64,000 nt of DNA. Source: Octopus vulgaris. Taxonomy: Eukaryota. This document shows, in pieces, positions 1-14,658 of the stretch (positions are counted from its first letter, which is position 1; each line of letters opens with the position of its first letter). Below the pieces are notes generated by a model, which saw nothing but the letters and a program-made list of their open reading frames with translations, did not search any database and was not told the origin of the DNA. Location of the stretch: contig OX597817.1 in NCBI GenBank assembly GCA_951406725.2, positions 115,506,001 through 115,570,000 on the forward strand, in the 5' to 3' direction. A program made the position numbers and the translations under genes.

Positions 1-429
1 CGAACCTTGGTACTGTACAATCTATAAGATTTCGTTGCGTTAGAGAAAACGAACGAGAATAGAGATAGTAGAATCTTCGAAAAACGCCTAGAAAAAGATT
101 TGCAACCGACGTGCTCCGCTAAGATTTGCCCTTCACCCTTTTTTCGACGGGAAGCACGAAGTTTGCATTGTCAGAGATAAGGCACTTACTCACAGACATG
201 AGAGAACGAAAGCCATTCAATAGACACAAGAACGGCGGAGCAGCGTAGCTGTAATGTTACATGTCATTTTTGTAAACCATAATGGCATTTCAAAAGTGTT
301 GTATGAAAGTCACCAGCATGAACGAAAAATTATCCTCGTTTCAAACAGATATTTCTTCAGCTGCCTATTGTGGCCATTAGACGGAATAAGAATATTAGAG
401 AATTATTGACCTCTATTTCTGACTACAGG

Positions 430-770
<341 letters not shown>

Positions 771-773
771 TAT

Positions 774-982
774 AAGGCGCCAAGCTGGCAGAATCGATAG
801 CCCACAGGGAAAAATTCTTATCGGCATTTCGTCTGTCCTTAAGTTCTGAGTTCAAATTTCGCTGAGGTCGATTTTACCTTTTATCCTTTCGAGTACCAGT
901 GACCCACTGGGGTCGATATAATCCACTAGCCTCCTCCCCACAAGTTTCGGGCCGTGTGCCTTTAGTAGACAGGATTATTATT
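774..982 (+). mobile_element. tRNA-derived SINE (family A)
   Basis: A-box-like AGCTGGCAGAATCG, B-box GAGTTCAAAT, conserved core GTCGA..TT.CCTTT.ATCCTTTCG..GTACCAG, tail GCCGTGTGCC..AGTAGA. There are at least 8 homologous copies in the window. Confidence 0.8.
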
Positions 983-1729
983 ATGATCATCATTGTTATT
1001 AATGAAGCGATCTCTATAGACACATTATACCATCAGGAATCTGCATTGCAGTGTTTCTGAAAAGCCGTTAATTCTGATTTCACATTATATCATGGTCGAC
1101 TTTGCCTTTTTATTCTATCGATGTCCGCAAAATAAAGTATCTTTTAAGTACTGAGCTTGATGCAATCGTCAAACCTTCCTTCTAAACTTGTTTTTATGCC
1201 AAAGTTTCAGCCGGTGTAGCGACAATGTAAATGCTCTATGCTGAGTGTTTACGCAGATTTTCCTTCCTTTTAAAATCCGATCGAGCTCCATATTTCATTT
1301 GAAGTTGCCAGAAACGATAAAATTGATATGAAACAGTTACTGAATTCGATCAAATAGACTATATCCTCTCCAAAATTGTTTGGCATTGTACCACAGTTTG
1401 ATATGATTCTTATTATTAATATTCTCATAGCAATATATATTTGTAATTATAATAAGATTTTCATTACCATTATAACACATTTCCAACCTAATCATTTGAA
1501 CAGATTCGTGTCTTGTGTATTATATGCATAATGACTTTGAAACTGTGACAGACTTTGTGAAAGATTTTTGCGAAATGAATTTATCAACTATATATATATA
1601 TATATATATATATATCAGTTCGTACTTCAGTTGCATGCCAAGCTATTAAATAGTTTTCATTAGTATTGTTCCCCAAGTGCATATGAAGAGGAAGAAAAGT
1701 TCTGGTTTTTCTAAAAATAATTGTCTTTC

Positions 1730-2011
1730 TGTTATGTCGCACGTTCGGATGACCTCTACTCAACACTACACTACTACTACTCCCCTCTGACTAGTCTACG
1801 GCTGCTAGACTTCTCCCTCTATATAAACGTATTGGGCTAAACTACTTCATCGTCTGGGGGCGTCTACACAACAATTTCTTAGATTATTTCTAAGAATTTT
1901 CCCAGACATATTCCAAGACTTAACCAGGATTTTGACAGGAGGGTTATCAATTAAATCTTTCCTGCATTAAACGTCTGAATTACAAAAATGAAAAATTGAA
2001 TAAACGTTACA
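1730..2011 (+). mobile_element. Possible solo LTR
   Basis: TGTTATG...CGTTACA ends, TATATAAA at ~1820, AATAAA at ~1999. No TSD found. Confidence 0.25.
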
Positions 2012-2641
2012 TAATAATATTTCCATAGACCTGCTTGAGAGAATGTTCGTCCGGACCTCTTAAAATTTATGTCCAATTAAATAAAAAAAATTGTTGTTGT
2101 TTATGAGTGATTCTTATTGCTAGGTATCTATAATTTAATAACTAGCATTTAACTAGGTTTTCAATACAAACTTATTTTACACTTTTCTTTTATCATCTTT
2201 TTTTAATTATGTATATCAATACCCATATTTTCTTATTTTTTCCCACATTTTTGGAGACATTTTCCTGAAAAATCATCACTAGTATGTTGTTTGAACAGCG
2301 GCTAAAGGGCCTGCCTAAAAAGATAAATCTCATCTTAACTTGATAAGACGTTGAAGGGGACACCAGGCTGTCGCTCAGTCTGTTAAAAATCCCAACCATT
2401 TGTTCGTAATTCACACAGTTCCGTATTAAAACATAATTCATTGACTATTGTAGGCCTAGAGTCACGATGCATATTATTAGAAAACTGTATGCTCATGGCT
2501 GAAATGCTTGATGTGGGCTAACCTTTGACTAAACATCATTGTAAATATATTACTACATCGTTTCCACCTAATTAATTGCATTAATAGAAATATTATTATT
2601 TCTAAGTCTCTCTAAAGGAGACTGCGGCAGCGGTACTGGAT

Positions 2642-3079
2642 ATTAATAGTTATCGCGAAGCTAATATGGCAGTCCAGAAACACAAGACGAATGCTGCCGT
2701 TGATTAGCTCCAAGATGCCATCGCCTCTAGCTAGCAATGTGACACACGAACCTGTGTCCATTATAACCTTCGAACAGGGGAGGTCAGCCGCTTCCCCTTG
2801 CTGGTCATTTAGGTAAATAATCATTCGAACAGACGGTCAGTAGCGACGCCTGCTGGGTTTGGCTGCTCTGCATTGATAAGGGACAAATACCATGAAACTA
2901 GTCTACAGATGCCTGACGAGCAAGGGGAAGCGGCTGACTTCTCCGGTTCGAAGGTTATAATGGACATAGGTTCGTGTGTCACATTGCTAGCTAGAGGCGA
3001 TGGCATCTTGGAACTAATCAACGGCAGCATTCGTCCTATATTTCTGGACTGCCATATTAGCTTGGCGATAACTATTAAT
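2642..3079. repeat. Fold-back inverted repeat (~165-bp arms, ~105-bp spacer), probably PLE-derived
   Basis: 2642-2807 is the reverse complement of 2914-3079, which explains the mirror ORFs 2612-2824(-) and 2873-3115(+). The spacer has a decayed hammerhead-like TTGATAAGG..CC.TGAAACTAGTC. Confidence 0.85.
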
Positions 3080-4984
3080 TGCATTAATTTGTTAGTAAAG
3101 TGTAACATGGTGTAGACAGTGTTTTGAGGGGTTGATATAAGCCCACTATTTCCAAATTATATATATTTCGTCTCTTTTGTACTTTTTCATCATAAGAATT
3201 GAATAATTCTAAGCAATTTTATGCTTATAATTTGTATGTGTCTACATACTGTCTTCGAAATTATTATTACTCTTATTAATGTAATATTATTATTTTCTAT
3301 TTGATTGTGATTTTCTTTATTTTATTTTTGCTTGCATTCTTATTGGGGTGTTATGCCAAGTACTGAAATTTCGTTTATTACACGTTGCCAAAAGCAGTGT
3401 TTTGCAATTACAAATATTTGATCAAAGTAACTTATTGCATGCTACATTTTAACATGATCTTCGGTATAGCTAAAAAACCGTTAGTCACCAACTGTTCAAT
3501 ATAAAGAAATATTGCTAATTGAGATGAAAAAACGATGAAAGCGAAGCGCAATGTAACATAATCCATATATTTGGAATTACTTTTTACGACTTTAGGCAGT
3601 TTATTAAAACCGACTCTTTTATATTACTTCTCTTTAGGTATATCCAGTGTTGGAGAAATATATAAATAGCAAAATTACTGTAGCGATGACGTAGATAAAT
3701 ATTTTTCAATTTTACACAAGGATTATGTGGTACCTTTAAGGAAATATGCTGAAGTTGTTACTAAAATTTCCAAATTGTTACCTGCTTGATCGATTAATTG
3801 TGATAACATTTTGAAAAACAGCATTGCTTTGAATCAAAATATGGTTTTATTAGAATAGCTGCATTTTATTACTATCTTAGTTTTCTCTTCTTTCTATTTT
3901 TCTTTTTTACTGAATTCGGATATGCAAATCGAAAATCAAACTGTTGAGTTCAAATTATTATCAATTCACTTTATTCTATTTCATTAAATATTACAAAATA
4001 AACTGGTTTCTGATTATGTTTACACTTGCTTTTGCTTTTCGGACTTCTACAAATACACACCCTCATAATCAAGTCACGAATTAAAAAGAAAAACAAAAAG
4101 TTTCGTTTCAATGTTTAATGTATCAGTCATTGAAAAATAACGTGTTCTGCTTAGAATATTCATTGAACAAAATCTAATAATAATTTTCACTGGAGATGAT
4201 TGCTGCTGAAAAATCAAACGGATGATACTAAGTTTCAAAAGTTAAATGCGGCATAGTCGTGGGTAGGGAAACCTAATGAACATGGTGTGATTCAATATCC
4301 GATGATTAAAATACTGAGTTTAACTTAGTCCTGTATGATAATCTTAAATTATGAATACTTATTTGGAAACCACTTCTCATTGTTAAGTGAAGGAAAATAA
4401 AAAATAGTCTTTTCATATGATGTAATGATTTATTCTAATTCCTACATGACAAAATTTGAAATTGTTTCAACAACATTTTAAGTAAGAAGGATTACGTTTC
4501 GTAAATATTATAGTTCCTATGCTCATGCTATCAAAGGAAAAAAAACAACGATATTGGATTATACGCTCATTTGTATAAAATAATATATTTATAAGATATC
4601 TTGGCATTTATTGTTTGAACAGTATCGGTTACGTAAGCAACCTGAGGTATATACATATATGCTGTCCTATCTTATTCAAAATGTCAAACATTACAAGAAA
4701 TTAGACTTCGCAAATTTAACATGCAGAGCACGTTCACGCACACAGAGAGACATACACTTACAGACACACAGACAGTCTCACACACACACAAATACCCGCA
4801 CAACTGTACTTACACCGTCCATCTGCACACTTACACATATTTACATGACGCTGATTATCACTTTAAAATGCATTTTACATTTTATGCTAATACTACTACT
4901 GCTGCTTCTGTTGATGATGGTGATCGTGATGATGATGACGATGCTATTGATAATAATGATGCAATCAATAATAATTGTTTTTGA

Positions 4985-5176
4985 TGTGGGCACAAGGCCA
5001 GCAAATATAAGGAGAAAGAATAATCGATACCATCGATTTAAACACTTGACTAGTATTTTATTTTATCTACTCCGAAAGGATCAAATGTAACGTTTACTTC
5101 GTCAGGATTTGAACACAGAACGCAACGAACCGGGGAAGAAATACCGGAAGGTCTTTTCTGCGATGCACAAACGATC
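4985..5176 (-). mobile_element. tRNA-derived SINE (family A), degraded
   Basis: GGCACAAGGCC tail, CCGAAAGGAT core, ATTTGAACACAGAACG B-box region in reverse. Confidence 0.65.
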
Positions 5177-5235
5177 AAGGGAAGAAAGGTTACTCATATA
5201 TTTAGCAAATGTAGTATGCTAGTACAGAAATAATA

Positions 5236-5497
5236 AAGTAATCTCTCAACTATCGCAGGTATTACGTTCCACCCCACCTGATATGTGAAAGTCCACAGTA
5301 GAAACAAGTAGAAACAGTACGGTATATTTTTTTATTATTTTTATAATTTGTATATACATATATATATTTATTATAAACGCAAAACAACAGCACGTAAACT
5401 TAAAATAATACGTAAACTTAAAATACGTAAACTTAAAATAATAAACTGCGATAGGTGAACCGCGATGGGTGAACCACAGTATGGTGAGGAATTAGCG
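5236..5497. mobile_element. pogo/Tigger-like MITE, degraded
   Basis: TA-flanked, imperfect terminal inverted repeats (AAGTAATCTCTCAACTATCGCAGG / CCACAGTATGGTGAGGAATTAGCG) and subterminal CCGCGAT.GGTGAA repeats. Confidence 0.45.
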
Positions 5498-6989
5498 TAT
5501 TAGAAAAGACACGATAACTTAGGGAGAATAATACACTGGGATTTATATAGAAAGTTAGCATATTAACTTACCAATAAGTGGGTATGGACATGAACCTAGT
5601 AAAATATTTTGAAAGTAAGATGTATAAGATATGCGATTTTAACATTTAGACTGATCGATTAAAAAAAGCTGAAGGGCCTGTTTTAGTATTAGTAAACAGA
5701 GAAAATATAAAATGCCAGGTAAATTACCTTACAATCCGAAATGATGGGACAGACAATATGAGTTGCATTAAAACTCGTTATGTTTAAACAGCATATAATT
5801 TTCTTCACATACGGACAAAATAGAAAAATAAAAAATTTAAACACCGCAATGAGAAGATGAATTTTCTCATTTCACTCTTTTCTGTCTGATACTATAACCT
5901 TTAAGAAGTATGTTAAACATGATAAAACATGCAAATGCTACAGATAGGGTTAGCAACAATCTTTTGTATATAGATGACATCGAGTGATAGACTGCAGGTG
6001 ACAAACAATTGTGAACAGTGTTGGAGACACTGCCTGAATTTATCACAGCATTCTAGAAAATTGTGTAAAGGCAACATTAAAGACAGGAAAATTAATTAAC
6101 GACATTGATAGATGCATTGGGTTTACATTAAAAGAATGCTAAATGCTAAAATGTAGTAGGTACAAAATTTCCTGTCTTTCCATTGCTTTAGACATTGTAT
6201 TTTCAACTGCAGACTAAATTAACAAGACGGGAAAGGAAACACAAAAAAATAATAACTGCATTTGCAATTGGGTATAACAGCCTACGTATTTTGGAAGAAA
6301 GTGAGTACTTGTTACCTGAAAACTATTATGAAATATCTAATGTAGAAGTACGAAACTATCTACCGAAGAATAATGGAAATTCAATTCAAATAGCTACAAA
6401 ACACGAACAAGAAAACCTGTTTTCCCTCTTCAAGAAAGCCGTCAAATAACCAGGAGCTGAAATGACAGACAGTTGTGCAGAGAAACAAGACAAAAAATGT
6501 AAAAAGCTAAAACTTAACCTAAAATGGTGTTAGAGAATGAAAGTAAAAGTGAAGGGAAGAAAAACCATTAAGTAACTGCAGACCATGTGGCGGTTGAGAC
6601 GAAATAAAATGATTTTCTAAGAGTTCAAACTTAACTATAAAAAGAATATACCAAGAGACATGTCATAGAGCTTTAACACACAGAAAGGTATGCCTGCATT
6701 GTGAATAGTAAAGAAAACAATGGCGATTTAAAGATACAATAGAAAAGACCACACACAATGTGGATGATTGAATATAAAGAAAAACTATATGCCCAAAAAT
6801 TGTAGGACTTAGAAATAGCGCACACCCAAGAACAAATAGTTTTACTAGACGCTGAACTGATAATAGAATATTCTGAATTCAACAGTACTAAATAAAGGAA
6901 TAAAACAGAGCACTAAACAAATGCAGAGGCTACTGAAAAATATTAGTCTCTTAACAATACCAGCAACAAACGTAATAATAATAATGATT

Positions 6990-7195
6990 GCTAATTTTAA
7001 CACAAGACTAGCTATTTTGGCAAGAAGTGCCAGCAGATTGCATTAACGTCCGTACAGTACTTATTTGGTATATCAGTTTGTCGACTCCAGAAGTATGGCA
7101 AAACTAACCTCAGTGGGATTTAAACTCTAAAAGTAAAATGACGAAATAAACATCTAAGTTAATTTCTTCGATGTTCAAACAACTTTGACTATCCA
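6990..7195 (-). mobile_element. tRNA-derived SINE (family A), highly degraded
   Basis: Colinear residual similarity to the other copies (CACAAGAC.AGC...TGGTA...GTCGACTCC...GATTTAAACTC). Confidence 0.45.
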
Positions 7196-7220
7196 ATAAT
7201 AGTAATAATAATAATAATAA

Positions 7221-7553
7221 TAGCCATGTGTTGAGAGGGATTCTTTGGGGTTTGAATAGTTCACCTCTGGAAACATCCTTAAACAACCATTATTCTTTCA
7301 ACATCCTTAAACAACCCTTATTCAGGGACCGTTTGAGCGGGATGGGCTACTCAACCTGAAGAAAATTCTAACTGGGCCCCACCTGCAAGGTCATGTGCTG
7401 TTTATCTTGATATGAGATCACCATGTCGCGCACATATGGTTGTGATGCATGTGCCTGGTGTACCTTTATCAGACGGGTAGTCATGATGGGTATATTGGGC
7501 TTCGTATATTTTACCCCAGTGTCACTTTGATGGCATGAACTGCTCTCTCACTC
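7221..7553 (+). mobile_element. 5'-truncated copy of a non-coding (TAA)n-inserting retroposon
   Basis: Near-identical to the 3' part of 7713-8266, with the same 3' end CTGCTCTCTCACTC-(AAT)n and (AAT)n on both sides. Confidence 0.8.
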
Positions 7554-7571
7554 AATAATAATAATAATAAT

Positions 7572-7661
7572 AAGAGCATCACAACAAATCACAGCACATA
7601 CCCAAGGCATACAGAGCTGCGCTCGGTAGTGAAGTGAAAGCACGCTATAAAAATAAAACTA

Positions 7662-7664
<3 letters not shown>
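7572..7664 (+). mobile_element. Isolated 3' UTR end of an R4/Dong-type element
   Basis: Flanked by (AAT)n on both sides. Contains CCCAAGG...CTCGG within a stem, like the 3' UTRs at 26.8, 27.3 and 31.6 kb, followed by an A-rich end. Confidence 0.6.
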
Positions 7665-7712
<48 letters not shown>

Positions 7713-7713
<1 letters not shown>

Positions 7714-8266
7714 CCCTGATGCAGTACCAGGAAGTGGTTCCCGTGGTTTCTGATCTTAACTGATTGGAAGTGTTACCATGTACATTGCTTTGCCTTGGTA
7801 TAAAAGATGGGCTACAGAAAATATTCTGCTCAATACAACAGATTTGCTTGACAGTTGTTTGACCTTAACCAGTTGAGCATGTCCTTTATTGGCTGACGAT
7901 ATGTGCATCTCTGATTATGAGCAGAAGTAGTGGGGGAGCATCATAGCCATGTGTTGAGAGGGATTCTTTGGGGTTTGAATAATTCACCTCTGGAAACACG
8001 GGTGTTTCGTTCAACATCCTTAAACAATCATTATTCAGGGATCTTTTGAGCGGGATGGGTTACTCAACCAGAAGAATATTCTAACTGGGCCCCACCTGCA
8101 AGGTCATGTGCTGTTTGTGTTGATATTAGATCATAATGTCGCGCACATATGGTTGTGATGCATGTTCCTAGTGTGCCCTTATCAGACGAGTAGTCATGAT
8201 TGGTATACTGGGCTTCGTATATTCTACCCTAGTGTCACTTTGATGGGATGCACTGCTCTCTCACTC
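7713..8266 (+). mobile_element. 554-bp non-coding (TAA)n-inserting retroposon
   Basis: Bounded on both sides by pure (AAT)n. Shares its 3' end with 7221-7553 and 32821-32842. No RT/RLE-like ORF. Confidence 0.8.
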
Positions 8267-9497
<1,231 letters not shown>

Positions 9498-9548
9498 GTT
9501 AATTTCATACCTATGTTAATTTCATACCTATGTTAATTTCATACCTAT
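9498..9548 (+). repeat. 3 x 17-bp tandem repeat GTTAATTTCATACCTAT
   Basis: Three exact copies. Confidence 0.9.
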
Positions 9549-9782
9549 GTCTTAGGTCTGCAATTAACCTGTCATTTTAATCATTCCTCCAGGGCATGAT
9601 GCTAGTAACTCAGAAATATATTTGTCCTCATGTATTTTAAGGACTGAAAGTTTAGAAGAATCAAAATGTCTTCTGAGAATTTTCATTTTCCAAAACTATC
9701 AATTACTGTACTATTTTTGTATGGTTTCTGGATATTTAGGTGTGTATATAACAAAGCATCAAACGAAGTTACTAATTGCAGT

Positions 9783-12434
9783 CAGGGTTGCCACTTATCA
9801 AATAATAAAACACCCAGATTATTTGCTGCTGTTGACCCAGATCCTATTTTATGAACCCAGATGTTAAAAATAAGTATATAATTTTTAATTTAATCATAAA
9901 ATATGTTATATGACAAAATGAATGGTAAGTAATTGTTAATTTCGTGTATATCCACATCATCTTCATCCACGCCTTCAATTGTCATAGACTTATTTTCTTC
10001 CTTTTTGAGGTTCAATCTATTCGTATATCTACGATGACAAGACCCAGCCACTACATCTTTAATAAATTTAGCTTTAGGCCCCCAAGAAATGTATGATACT
10101 CCCTTTCTTGCAATAGCTTGTTTAGCGAGTAGTCGATCGGTAATTGTTTCAGCCTTCAATCTATTAGTGAAATTTATCTTTGTGAAAATTACTTGGGAAA
10201 ATATGCGCACCACGCATGCTGATGAATGAGGTAACACCATTAAATTAGTCATGAATTATGACGGCCTCTCAGATTTAAAGTAGTCAAGCCCGTCTTTAAG
10301 ATTGCTTATGGAATACCAGAATTCAGGGATTCTTATTGAGGAAACGGGAATATCATTATATTGCCAAAATCCTCTCCACTCATTCCCTAGTCCATCAAGT
10401 GAGTTTTCTAGAGCATTTGCTGGAAAGTTTGATGCCAAGGGAATTATGGACTGAGGAGAGTTAGTGAGATCGCGCGCTACTTTTGGATCAAGTACTTCTA
10501 AGAGAGCAAACACTCCAACTTCATTCAGTGAAAGCGCTTTTGTTATTTGGGAGCATATTTCTAGTTGAAAGTTTTTGTAAACAACGATGGGTTTTGCTCA
10601 AGATATCTCATTTCGAATCCACCGAGGTAAATATCAGTCATATCTTTGTGATTTGTTGTGTTATTATGATCAATATCTGATAATTTAGATAACACTGAAA
10701 CATCTTTTATAAAGCAAGTAAGGATACTTTTTTATCCACTGGATATGAGTGCATGCAGCAGATGCAGTCGAAAGTGTTCCGTTTGAAACTCGACATTAAG
10801 AGCATTCACTATCTTTAATATATAATATAAGAGCCGCATGTGCTTTCTTCCTTTGTTAATCCTTGTTTCATAGATCCTTTTTCATCCGTCCACTTTTTCT
10901 ACTTCGGCCTCGGACTGAAAATAAAGTACAAGGGCATCCTACCGTTCTATTATAACGTTAATTACATTTTCACGCGACAACCATCTAGTTTGCGAAAGCT
11001 TTAGAATTTTGTTTTCTTTTTGCCAACAACACTTTGTATCATATTGAAGTCATTTTGACGTTTGCTACTTCAAGAAAAGTAAGAAGCTATGTCCTTTAAA
11101 AAGGACCCGAGATACGAAGGTAACGTCTTTACTGCATGACTTCAGTAAAGTATAAACGAATGGCAAACACAGCCTATTGTAAATACAGTCGGAATATTGT
11201 TTCTCAATAAACTTTTGAAACCCGCTCATATTACCCATCATTGTTGAGCAATTATCGCTGTTCATAGATACATCTTTTGTAAGCGTAGACTTGACAGCTT
11301 CATACAAATCCTGAGACGAAACATTTCCTACTACAATTGCATCCAGAAAGCATCCTCGACATTAAGCGATTGTTCATCAAAAATGCGAACAACTATTGCT
11401 AATATTTGTGTCACTGAGATGTCCGTATTCTTATCTATCAGTAATGAAAACTTGTTCCTTGAGAATTTCCAAGATTTCATTTCGTTCATAATGTGTAATT
11501 CCGTCTTGCATAATATATGTTAATTATGCTTTTTCATTTTTAGATTTTTAGCTATTTCACTATCAGGAAAGGCCTTTTTATAAATTTCAGCTAAGTGATT
11601 TATATGGACGAGAAGTACGTGATTTTAGCAACATAACCTGTTTGTAGCAAGTCTGCCTTAGCTAGTTTTCATTTAATGTATCATCTGATTTTTTAACAAT
11701 AACTGAAATTAATTTAATAGAATATTTCGTACAATCAACAGCTTTCTTGTGTTTGTCAGTGTTTTTATAAGCTAACAGCATTGATTTGTTAGCAGTTTTC
11801 AACACATCGTTGCAACAAACACAGTAGCAGGTGTCAAAATTTTAATCATCTTGCCGTAACCAATCTTAAAAGTCAGCATCCTCCAACCAAAACTCCTTGA
11901 CATTTTTGGAGTACCACTTCCTCTTTTTGGACACACCATTGTCTGCCATTACTTTGCAAAGAGTTACCAAACAAAAACACCCATTAAAAATGTTGTTAAA
12001 TTTTAAATTGCGAGTAACAATCGATGCGTACACCATCAACACCGTCAAGCTGTCAACTGGCGGTGTCAGAGTCTCAGACACAGTTGTACAAGCTGTCACC
12101 AACGAGTTGTAACTTGTAGTTGCCCGGTATGATACAAGTATATACAAATAATGAATGCTTACAATCAGTAATTACGTCACATACAATATTTATTCATTAC
12201 GTGAGATGATTATGGATGATATATAGAAAGTTTACAAAGTATTAGAAAAGGTGCAACTTTGGTACATATTACACACAATGTGTATAACACCAAATTCTCT
12301 TTAAATTATAACTTTGCAGCCAAAACTAACTTACAAATCTAGATTTAATATAAATTTTGAAATTAAAACCCATAAAATCATCATTGCTCAAAACACCCAG
12401 ATCTAGGTGAAAAAACCGATCAGTCGCATCTCCG
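9783..12434 (-). mobile_element. hAT-superfamily DNA transposon, complete but decayed
   Basis: Left TIR CAGGGTTGCCAC and degenerate right TIR (8/12 match). 8-bp TSD ATTGCAGT (9775-9782) / ATTGCAAT (12435-12442). Subterminal AAAACACCCAGAT at both ends. Confidence 0.8.
10020..11950 (-). pseudogene. hAT transposase pseudogene
   Basis: N-terminal W..D...CYCVCC...DKH zinc-finger-like segment, SDNCSTMMG..SG...C.C catalytic region, and C-terminal LPHSSACVVRIFS...K...TNRL dimerisation motif. Many stops and frameshifts. Confidence 0.75.
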
Positions 12435-14542
12435 ATTGCAATATCAGTTAAAGGACCGAGTAAAAATTAACGATTACTTTATAATACATTTAGAATGTTA
12501 GAACGGACCTGGGTTTTTCGCTAAGTCTATTGTCATGTTGTTCTTGTTGATTAGTTCTTTGTGTACTCTAATTGAACAGGAATATGGTCGAAAGTATACT
12601 AGGATTAAGCATTTTATGTACTTTTGCATATATAGTGAATCACGAAATGTATTATTAATGATGGGCATATTCTTCGTAGGTCGGCGAGTTACGATTTGAA
12701 GGGATGGTTATCTCTTTCTTGTAAATCGTTTACTTAACCTCAACCGGTCATAATATTGTAATGTATTGTAATATTAACACGTATTCAAACATGTAATACA
12801 GAAAGGGAATTTACGTCTAAAGGAGATAAGTTTCCAAATAACAAAGCAATATGATCACCAAAGAAGTATGAGGGGGGGGGCATAGATATGAGGGAGGATT
12901 GCAGAATGACAAGGTTAAACAAAGGGAAATAACAGTCAAAGTTCATGTCAGAAAGTAAATATCACTGGAAGAAAAACTAAACGATAAAGAAAATCATTAA
13001 AAAGGATCAACTTAAAGAATATTCATACCGAGTGAAGTTTTATACAATGAACGAAGCAAATTCATGAAGTGAAAAGATATATTAGTTACTAATGTCGCAA
13101 ATAGAGTACCCTTGGCTATTATGGTACAAGAAATATATTTTAAGAGAAATGAAAAGAAGCTTATCTATGCCTGCCTTCCAGAAGTTATATAACAAATATC
13201 TAGGAGACAAAAGAGAAAAACGTGTAGAAACAATTGAAATAAGAATTATAGAATGCACACGTTGACTTAAATAAGATTTATTTGAGTGACTTTTCAGGAA
13301 CTTTATTTCTTATTTGAAAGTAGAGAAAGAGTGAATCTCACAATAGCTCAAGAAAAATTATTAGGAAAATCACTTGTTGAACGAAAGATAAAAACACCAG
13401 GAAGAAGTTAACGATCCGTTGCGCTGCAAGTTAGAGGAAATTATCAATAATTTAGCTCAAGAATAAAGCAATATGACAAAATATTTAGAAAAAAAAAGAT
13501 GTACCAGTGTAGAAAATTCGATGCAATAAAAAATTTATTAGGAATTCTGGATTTAGAGTAAATCAACCAATAATATCAAAACAGACGTTATAAAGAGGAA
13601 CAAAAACTTAATTTGATCAGAGAAAATATATAGAAGAATATAATATGACAAAGTTCCGAGGCCTCTTCTCAAGAGAATTGAATAAAAAGAAATAGGAACA
13701 AGAGTCAGTATTTACACTTGTTCGAAAAACTGAAAACACTTAGGGATATGTATATTAAAATTATCTCGGCTATTGAATATATACAGAATACACTGAAACA
13801 TAAGAGTTAAAGAAAATATTAGGGGGTGTGTGATTGAGAAATCTGTTGTCTCTGCTCTAAGATTCATTCATAAAACTCAAATGGTTACCTCTTGTAAGAA
13901 TGGAACCATATTATAAAAACTTTGCTTTTCTTGACGGGTATGCAAAACCAAAATCTCCAGTTAGTCGAGGAGTTTAAATAGCATAGAAAGCATCAATATT
14001 ATCGATTTATTTATCGACTCCGAAATGTTAGAAAACTGCTAATCCCTGATGTATTTCAACTGATATTGTAAAGATATCAAAAAATAATTGCAAAGCTATG
14101 TTATAGCCAAAAATATTTAATTTGTATGAAGATCTGTTGAAATGTTTCGATACAATTAGATCAAAACTAATTTTCATGTATTCTACTACGTATGCATATT
14201 TCTTATAAGCATTTGCATATGTTTATATGCCTGTTGGGACCTATTTTCCGTCTTCTAAGTGTAAATACCCAACTTATGATGCCAATTTCGCATAATGTTT
14301 ATTCGATCGCGGGTGGTGAGGCTGGACTCCACCCGGTCAGTATATATAGAGTTTGCCTTACGAATCAGTGGCTGATTCCGCAAAATGGTAATGTGAAAAT
14401 TATATAATAATTAAGGTGGCTTGATGCAATTCAAAACCAAGAAGGAAATAATTCACCGTCACCAAAAAATGACGAATGGTACAGGAACCACCAGCTTTTC
14501 TAGAAAGAAGAGTCAATGAAATCTTTACCCACAGAAGCACAA

Positions 14543-14575
<33 letters not shown>

Positions 14576-14658
14576 AAGTAAACAGAAAATGGAGAAATAT
14601 TGATCAACAAAAATTGACTAACATCGATTATTACATTTTAACACAAAAAGACATTATC

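Noticed and set aside
774-870. tRNA genes at SINE heads
   Set aside because: A/B boxes are present, but there is no cloverleaf and the sequence continues into the SINE core and tail.
2612-3115. Duplicated small ORF (DTGSCVTLLARG) resembling an aspartic protease DTG motif
   Set aside because: It arises from the inverted repeat. The second copy reads DIG, and there is no surrounding gag/pol context.
5960-6960. Possible very old RLE-element remnant (ORF 6195-6449)
   Set aside because: A-rich strand bias and faint motifs only; not enough to call.
9498-9548. Short direct repeats as a CRISPR array
   Set aside because: There are no spacers and the context is eukaryotic; this is a simple triplication.
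12790-13900. A-rich stretch suggestive of a decayed PLE RT
   Set aside because: No motif can be read with confidence.
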